Origin: an uncultured Chloroflexia bacterium
GTDB lineage: Bacteria; Chloroflexota; Chloroflexia; Thermomicrobiales; UBA6265
Assembly: GCA_963777865.1 (NCBI GenBank)
Contig: CAVZSG010000002.1
Coordinates: forward strand, 125,863-189,862
Reading direction: 5' to 3'
Length of the DNA: 64,000 nt
Below are positions 11,797 to 23,636 of the stretch, one piece after another; within the stretch, counting starts at the first letter, position 1, and every line of letters begins with the position of its first letter. The notes below the pieces were generated by a model. That model searched no databases and was not told the origin of the DNA. It saw only the letters and a program-made list of their open reading frames with translations. The position numbers and the translations under genes were made by a program.

Positions 11797-12820
11797 TCTC
11801 ATTCGGCGATTGCGAAGCTGGGAAGGCCTGCTCCTTGGGCTGTTGATCGTTGTACTGGCTATCAATATCAGCCAGGTCAGCAACTATCTGTCGACGACCA
11901 ATCAGATCAATCTGTTCCAGCTCGGAATCGAAAAGGCAATCGTGGCGCTGGTGATGACCTTCGTGATCATCAGCGGAGAGATCGATTTGTCGGTTGCCTC
12001 GATGATGGGTCTTTCGGCGGCAATGTGCGCGTACTGCTTTGAACAAGGCGTGCCGATGGGTCTGGCAATTGTGATCGCGTTGGCGCTCGGGGCACTGTTC
12101 GGAGCGATGAACGGGTTCTTCGTGGCCGTGCTGGGGATCAACTCACTGGCCGTCACGCTGGCTGGGTACATCGGATTCCGCGGTCTGGCCAAGGTGCTGG
12201 TCGAAGACAATTCAGTCGGCGGTTTTCCGGACTGGTTCACTGATCTGGGTCAGCACGGCTTGATCGGCCCGCTCACACTTTCAATCATTCTCTTCGCCGT
12301 CTTCGCCGTCATAGCGATCATCGTTCTGCATTTCAGCGGGACTGGTCGACTGACGTACGTAATCGGCAACAGTGCGCCGGTAGCTCGCTTTTCCGGCGTA
12401 TCGGTCGCGCGGACCAAGATCCTGATCTTCACGGCAAGCGGGTTCATCGCGGCATTGGCGGGCGTGCTGATGGCGGCGCGGCTGGGAGCCGTTCGCGCCA
12501 GTACCGCCGAGGGCGACGAACTGGACATAATCACGATCGTTCTGCTGGGCGGAGTGAGCATCTTTGGTGGAGTAGGGACGATGGTCGGAGTCCTGCTTTC
12601 CAATTACCTGGTGCTCAACATCCGCAACGGCATGATCATTTCCGGGATCACCGGAAACACACAAACTGGGGTAATCGGATTGATGCTGATCCTGTCCGTG
12701 CTCATACCGAATCTGGTTGGGCGGGTGCAGGAGCGACGTCGGCAACGTGCTGACATGGGTGTTCGCGCCCCACCGACCAGTACGGTGGAGGCAGAGCACA
12801 CCCAGTCGGCACCGGGCTGA
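11786..12820 (+). CDS. Sugar ABC transporter permease (RhaQ type)
   Basis: [27 protein letters not shown]. Confidence 0.92.
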   Translation: MVTSLIRRLRSWEGLLLGLLIVVLAINISQVSNYLSTTNQINLFQLGIEKAIVALVMTFVIISGEIDLSVASMMGLSAAMCAYCFEQGVPMGLAIVIALALGALFGAMNGFFVAVLGINSLAVTLAGYIGFRGLAKVLVEDNSVGGFPDWFTDLGQHGLIGPLTLSIILFAVFAVIAIIVLHFSGTGRLTYVIGNSAPVARFSGVSVARTKILIFTASGFIAALAGVLMAARLGAVRASTAEGDELDIITIVLLGGVSIFGGVGTMVGVLLSNYLVLNIRNGMIISGITGNTQTGVIGLMLILSVLIPNLVGRVQERRRQRADMGVRAPPTSTVEAEHTQSAPG

Positions 12821-12892
12821 TCCGGTTGCAGGCAGGCGGTCGCCAACGCGGGTTGGGGGCCAGGAATTCTCGATGTAGAGGAGGACGCGATC

Positions 12893-13963
12893 GTGAGACA
12901 CAATCGACTGATTACCGGAGCTATGGCAGCGTTGCTGCTGGTTTCGGGCCTGGGAACAGCTGCAATTGCGCAGACCCCAACCGACGCCATTACGGCGACC
13001 AAGGGCCAGGAAGCCAAGATGATGCTTCTGCCCAAGTTCCTCGGAATCCTGCCGTTCGATCAAGCGAACCAGGGTGCTGAGGAGGCTGCGGCCGAACTTG
13101 AGAACCCGGTTCCGTTTGACTTCGTTGGCCCAACCGCCGAAGACAGCGTCGCTGGTCAGATCGAGTTCGTGACCAATGCGCCGACCGGTGAGTATGACGT
13201 CGTCATGCTCTCCAACAACGCGGGCGACCAGATCGTCCCGGCCGCTGAGGCTGCCAACGCTGGCGGCACCAAGGTCGTGACATGGGACTCCCCGATTCCT
13301 GACGGAACCGGCGAGGCCTTCTTCGTTGCCCAGGTCGACTTCACCGAGACCGGCAAGGTCCTTGCGGACATGGCCCTCTCAATCCTTGGCGAAGAGGGCG
13401 GACAATTCGCCATCCTGTCCGCTTCCCCAGATGCAGCGAACCAGAATGCCTGGATCGCGGCCATGCAGGAAGTCCTCGCTGACCCCGCCTATGCCAATCT
13501 CGAGTTGCTTGAGATTGTGTACGGCGATGACCAGTCCGAGAAGAGCTACGAAGAGGCCCAGGGCTTGATCTCCAAGTACCCGGACATGGACCTGATCGTT
13601 GCCCCGACCTCGGTCGGCATCGTCTCCGCTGCCAAGGCCCTTCAGGATGAAGGCCTTTGCGAGGACATCAAGGTCACCGGTCTCGGCGTTCCGGCCGAAA
13701 TGCTGGAGTACACCCTTAACGGTTGTGCCCCGGAATTCGCCCTCTGGAGCTTCGTTGACCTCGGTTACCTGACCTACTACGCCTCCTACATGCTGGCAAC
13801 TGGCCAGATCCAGGGCGTTGAAGGTGAGACATTCATCGCCGGTCGCCTCGGTGAGTACACCATCACCAAGGACCCGACCCGACCAGACGTTGACGCGCTC
13901 CGCATCCTGATGGGCCCGTTCACCGTTTACAACGCAGAGAACGTTGAGGAAGCCTCCAAGTAG
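12893..13963 (+). CDS. rhaS: Rhamnose-type sugar ABC transporter substrate-binding protein
   Basis: Signal peptide; LLPK...[30 protein letters not shown] motifs of RhaS/LsrB-like binding proteins; actual substrate uncertain. Confidence 0.7.
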   Translation: MRHNRLITGAMAALLLVSGLGTAAIAQTPTDAITATKGQEAKMMLLPKFLGILPFDQANQGAEEAAAELENPVPFDFVGPTAEDSVAGQIEFVTNAPTGEYDVVMLSNNAGDQIVPAAEAANAGGTKVVTWDSPIPDGTGEAFFVAQVDFTETGKVLADMALSILGEEGGQFAILSASPDAANQNAWIAAMQEVLADPAYANLELLEIVYGDDQSEKSYEEAQGLISKYPDMDLIVAPTSVGIVSAAKALQDEGLCEDIKVTGLGVPAEMLEYTLNGCAPEFALWSFVDLGYLTYYASYMLATGQIQGVEGETFIAGRLGEYTITKDPTRPDVDALRILMGPFTVYNAENVEEASK

Positions 13964-13980
13964 CGCTTCCCCGACCAATC

Positions 13981-14020
13981 AACACCCCCGGACAACGACG
14001 TCCGGGGGTGTTTTCTGTTT
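13981..14020 (+). terminator. Rho-independent terminator of the sugar ABC operon
   Basis: aacacccccggac-aacgac-gtccgggggtgtt 13-bp stem followed by ttctgttt. Confidence 0.85.
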
Positions 14021-14312
14021 AGGGAGTAGCTGGAGGGATTAGGGATCAGGTGAGTGCGCGTCGTGGTTCATGGCGGTCGACATGTGTCATTCGGGAATCG
14101 TGGTGGTCACGGCGGACACTGATCGACCTGCGGTCGACTGCAGGTGGAAGGGTCGGACTACGTTACTGGGCGACGGGTGACTGCCAGTCTGTCCTCCGAT
14201 CTGCGGTCGAGGCAAGTTCGACTGTCGCCACCGATCCCTACTGACGGTATTGGTAGTCGCTGTCGCATTGCTGGTTGACTGACGTGAGCATTGTGGTTGG
14301 CTGCGGGGTTGC

Positions 14313-15477
14313 GTGATGAAGTTCAGTCTGGTTTTGGGGCAGCGATTGCCATTTGCCGAGATGCTCGCCCGGACGCGGGAAGCGGAAATGCTCGGATTCG
14401 ATGGCCTCTTTCTGGTCGATCACTTTTTCGGTCGACTCGATGTCAACGAACCGACCCACGAGGGCTACACGATGCTGGCGGCTCTCGCGCCCTTCACGAC
14501 CCGACTGCGACTCGGCTTGATGGTCGCCGGCAACACCTACCGCAATCCGTTCTTCCTGCTCAAGCAAGCCCTGACGGTCGATCACATTTCCGGCGGTCGG
14601 GTCGATTTTGGGGTCGGTGCGGGTTGGGTTGAGCGGGAACACGAGGCGTACAGCTACGAGTTCCCGGCACCCAAGGAACGGGTCGACCGGTTTGCCGAGG
14701 CACTGGAAATCTGGGAGTCGCTTCAGTCCAACGCCTACACGAATTATTCCGGGACCTACTACACGCTCGTCGACGCTCCGTGTGAGCCGAAGTCGCTGCA
14801 GGGGAAGATGCCGGTGCTGATCGGTGGCTCGAAGCCGCGGATGTTGCGATTGACCGCTCGGCTACGCCGATATCTGGAACTGCACCGCGTCACCTGAGGT
14901 TGGTGCAGAACTCAATCGCCAACTGGATGCCGCCTGTGTGGCTGAGGGTCGTGATCCGAAGTCGATCGAGCGCAGTGTCAGTCCGGATATGAACATGCTG
15001 GAATCGGTTGAGGCATTTGCCAACGCAGCCAGGGTGTATGAAGAGGCGGGGTTCTCGCACATCTACTTGCCATGGCCACGGGTCGAAGCAGAAGCACCGG
15101 TGATGCGAGCAGCGGCGGCTCAGATTCTGGGAACTGCCAATGCGGAACCGGCACCGTACGCACCAACGGCGAGTGACCGGGGGCTGCGAACAGTGACCGA
15201 AGCAGATCGCGACGCAATCAACACGATACTGGGTGGGTTTGCCGGGACTGCGTCGGAGCGATGCCTGCAGGTGTTGTCTAATTCGCCGGGCACATTGTTC
15301 GACGGTAATGACATTGCTCGGGAAGCCGGTCTGACGTCGCACGTCGACGTGAGCCGTGCATTTGCCGAACTTGGTAATGCCTTCGAGGCGGCCGGATTCG
15401 CTCGTCCGTGGCTCGAAGGTCCGCGTGGCCGAACACTTTCAATGGAGACCGCCGCAATCTTGAAGGAGACCATTTAA
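14313..15477 (+). CDS. Luciferase-like (LLM) flavin/F420-dependent oxidoreductase with C-terminal extension; frameshift near 14865
   Basis: GFDGLFLVDHF, RLRLGLMVAGNTYRNP, TVDHISGGRVDFGVGAGW, PVLIGG; continues in the 14938-15477 frame. Confidence 0.8.
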
Positions 15478-16354
15478 TGGCCGGAATAGTATTTGGCGCG
15501 GTAACTCCGCATGGGTGGTTATTGATCCCGGAATTGCATCCCGAGAACATTGACACGCCCCAGAACCGTGCTGCCCTGGTGGAAATGGGTGCGCGCATGG
15601 CGGAGCTCAAGCCTGATGTGATTGTGATCGCGACGCCGCACGGGTTCCGGGTCGATGGCTCAGTGTCGCTGGCCAATGTCGCCAGGGCCGCGGGAACGCT
15701 GACCGTCGATGGGCACAAGGCCGAAATGAACGTGCCGGTTGACCTGACGCTGACCGACGCAATCGCTGCCGCTGCCCGGGCGCGAGGAGTCCCGATCGCA
15801 ATGACCGGGTTCGCCGGCAATCAGCGCAACGAAAGTGCCCTGCCGCTGGATTGGGGAACGTTCGTGCCGCTCTGGTTCATGGGACATGGGCAGAATCATG
15901 TTGGACACGGCGATGTGCTCGCTCCCAAACCAGCGGTCGACCATGGGCCGCCGATTGTGCTGGTCAATCCGTCCCGCTTCCTGCCGCGTCAGACGCTCGT
16001 CGATTTTGGCGAAGCAGTGGCAGATGCCGCCGCCGCTGACGGACGTCGGGTGGCCTTCATCGCCTCGTGCGACTGGGCTCACGCGCACGAAGGCAGTCGG
16101 TACGGAGCAAGCCCGGATGCGGCGATTGTCGATCAGATGGTGGTCGATGCCCTGAACGCGAGTGATCCCGGCAGCCTGATCGCGCTGGAGGATCCCAGGT
16201 CAAGAACGCAGCGATCGATGGACTTTGGCAGGCGTTGATGTTGGCGGGAGTCATGAACCGGGTGCCAATGACCGGTTCTGTGGCGTGCTACGAGATTTCG
16301 CCGACGTCAACATGCGGAATGCTGGTCGCCAGTTACGAACCAACCGCCGGTTGA
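15477..16354 (+). CDS. LigB/Memo-like class III extradiol dioxygenase-fold protein; frameshift near 16197
   Basis: VTPHG, PDVIVIATPHG, LDWGTFVPL, ASCDWAHAH; start overlaps the upstream stop (TAATG). Confidence 0.75.
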
Positions 16355-18741
16355 CCCGAAATTGGGGTTCCCATGGCTTCGGCGACCGCCTCTTCAATGG
16401 TCAGGGCCACTCCCCGCTCCCAGGCAGCTGAGAAGCGTTCTGCTCCGATCTGACCGCGCATCGTCTCTGCCTGCTCATTGAATTTCTGTTCGAATCGGGG
16501 CTCGTTGGCATTGCCAATGTCCAGGCGTAGTCGTGCCGCCGCTCCGTAAAGGGTGGCGGCGCGTTCGGCGTTTCCCTGCGCAAACGCCATGTCGGCAAAG
16601 CATTCCAGTTCCTTGGCGATCCCGGTCTGGATACCGAGCGAGTTGCGGATTTCGAGGGCCTCGAAGTGATATCTGGCCGCTGCTTCAAAGTCACCCCGGG
16701 CCTGGGCAATCTCTCCCAGACTGCTGAGGGCGTAGCCGACGCTGTCCGCATTTTCGAGTCGGCGGTGGTGGTCCAACGCCTGCAGGTTGAGCGCTTCGGC
16801 TCGATCGAGATCACCCTGGTCCATCAGAACCAGAGCGAGATTTCCGAGCATGTAGCCCTCACTGGTCTCATCACCAAGCGCCCGGAACATCTGCAAAGCG
16901 TGGTTGTAGAGCGATGTTGCGGCTATTGCGTCTCCGCCGGCATCCGCAATCATCCCCAAATTTCCGTACGAGTAGGCGACACCCAGTTCATGACCGACCG
17001 CCATGTACTGAGCCTGGGCTTCTCTCGTTAGCCGTTCACCACCTTCAAGATCACCGCGGAAGTAGCTCATCACCCCCGCACCGAGGTAACAGTCACCGCG
17101 AGCCAGCGTCGGGTCACCTCCGGCATCGGCAATATCTTCTGATACCACTCGCTTGCGTCAACAATGAAGCCCCGATTCGCCCAGAAGCGGTAGAGGGATC
17201 CCGCTATTCGCAATGCTGTTGCTGTTTGACCATTGGCGACGCTCCACTCGAGCGCCGTACGAATGTTTTCATGTTCACGCTCTACGTTTTCGTACCAGAA
17301 CTGCTGATTAGCGCCGACAAGTTCTCTTTCTGCCTGCTGCGCCAGTGCGAGGCATGTTGTCGCGTGCAACTCCTGTGCAAAGTCAAGCTCCCCGTGTTCC
17401 TTCAGTTGCTCGAGCCCAAATTCACGGATTGTCTGGAGTATCCGGAAGCGAACAACCTCCGGTTGACCCTCTGCGGCAACCGATGGCAGCACTTGAATCA
17501 GACTTTTTTCGACCAGGGACTCGATCAGTGCTGCCGGTCCGATCCGGGTTGGAGTCTGTTTCCAGAGATGATCCGGCAGTCGTTTCGGCTGCGTCCAGCG
17601 AAAATCCGCCTACATACACACTGAGATACCGGAGCGTGCGTTGTTCAATCTCGTCCAGCAGCCCGTAGCTCCAGGCAATTGCCGCGTGCATGGTTTGGAG
17701 TCGTTCAGGCAGATCAACCGGCCCGCGAGTCAGCACCGGTAACGGGGGATCGATTCGCGCCAGAAGTTCGGACGCCGGCATTACCCGAAGTCGCGCAGCG
17801 GCCAATTCAATGGCCAACGGCAGACCATCCAGCCGATTCACAATCGTGGCTACGTCTGCGGCATTCTCCTCAGTCAACGTGAAACCATGCCGAACCGATT
17901 GGGCGCGGTTGATCAGCAACGAAACTGCGGCGATATCGGCCAGTTCCTCGACGGGAGGCAGTCGCTTCTGGTCGGGCACCAGCAGTGGCTCAACCGGGTA
18001 GCCGTATTCGGCACGAATGTGGAGGATGATCCGGCTCGTCGCGCAGATGGTCAGCTTAGGACACCTGGCCAGGATCTCCGCAATCGCGATTCCGGCATCA
18101 GGAATTTGTTCCAGGTTATCCAGCACAATCAGGCGGGAGCCCAGGTTGATGAGGGCGTACAGCCCTTGATGTTGCTCGTCGGGGGAGTCTCCGGGAATGG
18201 CGAAGTGATGGATCAGCGCATCGGCAATTACTGAGCCACTTCGCACGGACGCTAGTTCGACGAATGTAGCTCCGCCATCGAAGGTCGTTTCAACCGATCT
18301 GGCCGCTTCGAGGGCGAGTCTCGTTTTGCCAACTCCCCCGGGTCCAGTCAGCGTAACCAGGCGGATATCGGCTCGACCAAGCAATGAGGTCACATCGGAG
18401 ACCTCCCCGGCCCGTCCAATCAATGGATTTGGCGGGGCAGGAAGTGGGGGACCCTTGGGGATCGATTCGGTGGACTCGGATTCGGCGCTTGCACCGTGGC
18501 GCGCGAGAAGCACAAATGCATCGCGCTCTGGCCCGGCCAGACCCAGCCCATCCGCCATCATCTGGACGGTATCGCGGCGTGGTTTCAGGATGATTCCGCG
18601 CTCGAGATCACTGATCAGGCGGGTACTTAATCCGCTCAGTTCGGCCAGCGCCTCCTGAGTCAGATCACGATTCTTCCGAATTTGTTTGATCAAGTTCGCG
18701 AGTGATCGCGGAGCCCCGTCATTTCCGGAATCAATGGCCAT
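16333..18741 (-). CDS. XRE-HTH - STAND (NB-ARC-like) ATPase - TPR transcriptional regulator; frameshifts near 17520 and 17120
   Basis: [55 protein letters not shown]-terminal TPR-like repeats. Confidence 0.88.
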
Positions 18742-18917
18742 CCCTGAACCCCCATTCTTCCGAACATGAACCCTGATCCTAGCATGAAGCTGTGGATGCT
18801 ACAGAAAGCTGTGCGTTGAACTGTGGGTTGGATGCGTGTTCACTCGCACGTCTTCCGGCAATCATCGAGTCATCCCTGCGATGCACGTGCGGATGAATGC
18901 CCACTCAAGTGGAAGGC

Positions 18918-19142
18918 ATGGCAATGATTGCGATTGCACCAATTCGATTTGTCCGTGCTCCTGAAGTCCAATTGCACACGCCGGATAACGACGAGCATGA
19001 GCGGGTCAAGATCGCCCGGATCTCGTCCGACGGTATGACCGATCGGGAACTGCGGGGATTGCAGCAACTCGACCCGCTGCACGACTCTGAATTGGGGGTG
19101 ACGTTCCTGCGGGTCGGCGCCTGGCCGCGGATTCGCAGATAA
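18918..19142 (+). CDS. Small hypothetical protein divergent from the STAND regulator
   Basis: ORF preceded by ggaagg; fills the gap up to the tarD stop; no family recognised. Confidence 0.35.
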   Translation: MAMIAIAPIRFVRAPEVQLHTPDNDEHERVKIARISSDGMTDRELRGLQQLDPLHDSELGVTFLRVGAWPRIRR

Positions 19143-19145
19143 CGG

Positions 19146-20322
19146 TTAGCTGGCGAGTGATCGCATCATCGTGATAAGCGAGGCTTTCTCCTCGAACCCG
19201 ATACCTGGGGACTCTGGTAGTGTCACCCACGAGTCTTCGACGGCAATTCCATCGGCAAATCCGCCAAACGGCTGGAAAATGCCGGGGTAGGATTCGTTAC
19301 CGCCGAGCCCAAGACCAGCCGCCATATTGAGCGACATCTGATGCCCCCCGTGGGGAACCACGGTCCGCGGCGACCAGTCCATGCTCATCCATCATCTCGA
19401 GCGTGCGCAGATATTCGACCAACCCGTACGAGAGCGCGCAGTCGAACTGCAGCACATCGCGATCGGGCCGCATTCCGCCGTAGCGGATCAGGTTGCGGGC
19501 ATCCTGCATCGAGAAGAGGTTCTCGCCGGTCGCCATCGGTCCGGAGTAGTGATTGGCGAGTTCGGCTTGCAGTGCATAGTCGAGTGGATCGCCCGCTTCC
19601 TCGTACCAGCGGAGACCGTACGGTTCGAGTGCCTCGGCGTACGCGACGGCAGTTTTGAGATCGAACCGTCCATTAGCGTCGACCGCCAGATTGGCCCCGG
19701 AACCCGCCACCTCGATGACGGCTTCAATCCGCTTCAGGTCCTCGGCCAGTGACGCACCGCCAATTTTCATCTTGACGGTTGTGTATCCCATCGCGAGGTA
19801 CGACTTCATCTCGTCCTGCAGGGCAGACAGGTCCTTGCCGGGCTGGTAGTAGCCGCCTGCCGCATAGACCCAGACCCTATCGTCGGCGACGCCTTCGCGA
19901 TACCGGTCTGCCAGCAAGCGCCAGAGCGGCATACCCTCGATCTTGGCAACGGCATCCCAGACCGCCATGTCGATTGTGCCGACGGCGACCGAGCGCTCAC
20001 CATGCCCGCCGGGTTTCTCGCCGGTCATCAGCACCGACCAGATCCTGTGTGGATCGAGGTTCGATTGATCGTCCGTGAGCAGACTGGTCGGGTCCGCCTC
20101 GTTGAGCCGGGGGATGAATCGCTCGCGGAGAAGTCCGCCCGGTGCGTATCGACCGTTGGAGTTGAATCCGTAGCCGATCACCGGTCGCCCGTCGCGCATG
20201 ACATCGGTCACGACGGCGACGACCGAGACCGTCATCTTGCTGAAATCGATATAGGCGTTCCGGATCGTGGAATCGATTCCGGTGACCATTTCTCGTATGT
20301 CTGTAATGCGCACGTCCTGCAT
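19146..20322 (-). CDS. tarD: D-tartrate dehydratase (mandelate racemase/enolase superfamily); frameshift near 19383
   Basis: IRNAYIDFSKMT, GYGFNSNGRY, EKPGGHGERSVAVGTIDMA, KMKIGG, DANG, WYEE, TGEN, PHGGHQMSL closely match the TarD family as I recall it. Confidence 0.85.
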
Positions 20323-20426
20323 CCTCTCTCGATAGTGGTCCGTATCCTACGAAACTTGCGTATGGTTGGTAGGGCCCACGAAGTAATCCGTGTAAACGCT
20401 GGGCGAAATGAATCTACTGGAGTGAG

Positions 20427-20874
20427 ATGAGTAATTCAGACAAGACCATTTCTGGTTCGATCGATATTGCAGCACAAGCCGGCGGTTATCTTCGACATAC
20501 TTGCCAATCCGCATCGGCATCCCGGAGATCGATGGTTCAGGAACGCTTGAAACCGATCCGTTGAGGGCCCGGATCGGCTTCCACTCGGTGCGAAGTTCAA
20601 AATGCAGCTCAAGAACGGGCCGATGAGCTATTCGACTCCGAACAAGGTGATCGAGTTCGAAGAGAATCGCCTGATCGCCTGGAAGCACTTCGGCCCGCAG
20701 ATCTGGCGGTACAAACTCGAACCGGTCGGAGAATCGGCGACCCGGGTGACCGAAGAGTTCGATTACGCCGGGTACGGACCGTTCGGGTTCGTGATCAAGC
20801 GGATGTTTGCCGGTAACAAGCAATCGATCGACAAGACGCTGGTTCGCCTCAAGGCAATTGCCGAGGCAAGCTGA
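20427..20874 (+). CDS. SRPBCC/START-like family protein; frameshifted in the 5' half
   Basis: IFDILANPHRH..IDGSG, VIEFEENRLIAW, WRYKLEP...TRVTEEFDY. Confidence 0.75.
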
Positions 20875-21687
20875 TCAGGCGATGTCCCATTGTTCGCGCA
20901 GGAAGGCAACGGTTGCCCGGAGCATTGCTTCGTGCCCTTCGCCTTCCAATGGCCCGCCCAGGGCAGAACACTCGATGCTGACGTATCCCTCGTAACCGAT
21001 TTGCTTGAGTGCGCCAAACGGAACCGTGAAGTCCAGACAACCGGCACCTGGTTGCAATCGGTTGTTGTCGGCAATGTGCACGTAGCCGAGATGTAGTCCG
21101 GCATCGACGATCGGTTCGGCCATGTCGGCTTCCTCGATGTTCATGTGGAAGAAATCGGCGAGCGACTTCACGCGCGGAGAACCGATGCGATGGGCCAGTT
21201 CAGTTGCTTGCTCCACCCGGCGCAGGAAGTACGCCTCGTACCGGTTGAGCGGCTCAAGGAATACGGCCGAATTCCCCTCCGGCAGATCAGCTACCCATCG
21301 ACTGAACTCGGCTGTTGCCAGATCCATCAGCTGCGTCGGTGAGTTGGCGATGTCGGGAAAGTCATGTGGCGGTCGGACCGGAACCGAGACGACTCCATCG
21401 GCCCCCAGTTCATCGGCGAGGCGGAGCAAGTTCGCGAGTCCGGCAAATCGCACCGCCCGGTCAGCCGCATCCGGCACGAGCGGATCGTGCATGTCATGGG
21501 TGCAGATGCCGCTCACAGGCACCCCGGATTCGGCGACGGCGGCCTTGACGGCATCGATCTGCTCGCCGAGATCGAAGGTCGGTCCGACATTGACTTCCAC
21601 CGCGTCGAACCCAACGGCTCCGGCAGTCACGAACTTGTGGACGAGGGTTTCACCGGGCAACCGCGATGTCTGGACGGCGAGTTTCAC
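20875..21687 (-). CDS. Sugar phosphate isomerase/epimerase (xylose-isomerase-like TIM barrel)
   Basis: LEPLNRYE, ADFFHMNIEE, HIADNNR..PG.G, YVSIE. Confidence 0.9.
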   Translation of the reverse strand: MKLAVQTSRLPGETLVHKFVTAGAVGFDAVEVNVGPTFDLGEQIDAVKAAVAESGVPVSGICTHDMHDPLVPDAADRAVRFAGLANLLRLADELGADGVVSVPVRPPHDFPDIANSPTQLMDLATAEFSRWVADLPEGNSAVFLEPLNRYEAYFLRRVEQATELAHRIGSPRVKSLADFFHMNIEEADMAEPIVDAGLHLGYVHIADNNRLQPGAGCLDFTVPFGALKQIGYEGYVSIECSALGGPLEGEGHEAMLRATVAFLREQWDIA

Positions 21688-21856
21688 GAATCGTTCTCCT
21701 GAATTGCTGATCAGCACACATTCTGTATGGTTCATCTTGCCATCTGCGTGTGAATGACGCCTGAGCGTCGGTTGCGTACCCATCTTCGACCGGCGTTCGT
21801 TTTATGCTCAGGCAAGCATCTGTCGCGTTTTTCGCTTTGTTCGGGGATAGAGCACC

Positions 21857-23217
21857 ATTAACCCACGAGATCAGCCCCGAATCATCGCCGGTCGCTACCA
21901 GATCGATAACCGCCTTGGTGCCGGTGCGTTCGCGGTTACCTGGCGAGCGACCGATCTGAATTTGCATCGCGTCGTGGCAATCAAGGAACTCCGGGCGGAG
22001 TTGGCGACGGACCGGCAGTTCCTGGCCCGGTTTGAACGCGAAGCCCAGGCTGCGGCATCGATATCCAGTGAAAACACAGTCCAGATTTTTGACGTGGGCA
22101 CGAGGGTGGCACGGCGTACATCGTCATGGAATACATCGATGGCGGCTCTTTGCGATCGCTCATGTCAGAGCGCGGCGGCAAACTGGGTGCCCGCGAATCG
22201 GTTGCGGTGATCCGGCAGGTTCTGACCGGTCTGGCCGCGATTCATGCCCGGGGAATCGTTCACCGAGATCTCAAACCGGAGAATGTGCTGGTTGGAACTG
22301 ATGGAATCGCCCGGATCGCCGACTTCGGGATTGCCAGTGTTGCCGACCAGATTGGACTGACCACCACCGGCACAACATTCGGCACGGCAGCGTACATGGC
22401 GCCGGAGCAGGGGCGTGGCGATGCAGTTACTCCCGCGACCGATCTGTATGCGGCCGGAGTGATGCTCTTCGAGATGATCTCAGGACGCTTGCCGTTCCAG
22501 GCGTCGACGATTGTGGCGATGCTTATGGCGCATCAGAACGACCGGCCACCAGCGCTTACCTCGATCTCGCCGGAACTGCAGGACCAGCACGGGTTGTCCG
22601 ATGTGATTCAGCAGGCGATGGCCAAGGAACCGGGTCGGCGTTTTCGTTCCGCCAACGCGATGATAGCTGCGCTCGACCAGCCATTTTCCGCCGACGCGCG
22701 AACGCTCCAGGTACAGCCGACACCGCGAGTTGAGCAGACGATGACCATGCCGGTTCAACCGCGTCCGGTCCGGGCAGGAACGCCTCCACCGCCTGGTGGC
22801 ACCGCGCCAGTCGAACGTGGCGGTGGTGGCGGGTGGATCTGGACCCTGCTGATTCTGATCGCGGTCGGTGCGGTGGCGGCGTATCTGGCCATGCAGTATC
22901 TCGATGATGGTGATGAGGACAACGGCCCGCTTGCGCCCGTTCCGACTCGAACGGCTCAGGCTCCGACCGAAGAGGACGATCCGGATCCGGAACCAACCGA
23001 AACCTCGGTGCAGATCATCGAGCCGATCGAGACCAGCACTCCGGAACCAGAGGCAACGGAAACCGAAGAGATCATCGAGGAGCCGACCAGCACTATCGAA
23101 CCCGAACCGACCGAGGAGATCGAGACTCCGACCGAGGAATCCGTTATCGAACCGGTCGAAGGTTCACCCACCGAAACCGAAACCCCGGACGGTGCCCCGA
23201 CTATCGAGAGCATCTAG
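21857..23217 (+). CDS. Hanks-type Ser/Thr protein kinase, membrane-anchored, with Pro/Thr/Glu-rich tail; frameshift near 22105
   Basis: GRYQI..RLGAGAF, VAIKE, HRDLKPEN, DFG, GTAAYMAPE, DLYAAG, TM helix; start inferred (possible ATT). Confidence 0.9.
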
Positions 23218-23237
23218 CGGACGTCGGTTTCTGGTCG

Positions 23238-23600
23238 CTACCTTGCAGCCAGCACCAGCACCAGAGCGATTACGGCTGGGACCGTCTGGACGAAGATGAT
23301 TGACCGGCTGGCGGTCAGCGCTCCATAGATTCCGGCGACTGCAACGCAGACCAGAAAGAACACCGCCACCTGATCGCCGACCGGTTCGTCGGCAATTCGC
23401 GACCAGATCAGTCCTGCGGCGAGGAATCCGTTGTACAGCCCCTGATTGGCGGCAAGTGTTTTGGTCTGCGCCGCTTGTTCGATTGTCAGTCCAAAGCGGG
23501 CCGCGGTCCTGGGTTTGGTCCACAGGAACATCTCGAGCACCAGGATGTACAGATGAATTGCAGCGACCAGCAAGACTGCGATTGTCGCGATTGTATTCAG
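23238..23600 (-). CDS. DUF1304 family membrane protein
   Basis: HLYILVLEMFLW, ANQGLYNGFLAAGL, IIFVQ; start inferred at CTG. Confidence 0.85.
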   Translation of the reverse strand: MNTIATIAVLLVAAIHLYILVLEMFLWTKPRTAARFGLTIEQAAQTKTLAANQGLYNGFLAAGLIWSRIADEPVGDQVAVFFLVCVAVAGIYGALTASRSIIFVQTVPAVIALVLVLAAR

Positions 23601-23636
23601 GGCACACGTCCAGTTTTGATGGTCAGTCCGGTCGGG

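Noticed and set aside
14021..14312. Possible sRNA or small gene in a ~290-nt gap (near-palindrome acctgcggtcgactgcaggt, ctgcggtcga twice)
   Set aside because: No convincing ORF, promoter or recognisable RNA family; short GC-rich matches can arise by chance
16333..18741. Avs/NLR anti-phage system
   Set aside because: The N-terminal domain is an XRE HTH rather than a nuclease, SIR2 or TIR effector, and there is no defence-island context
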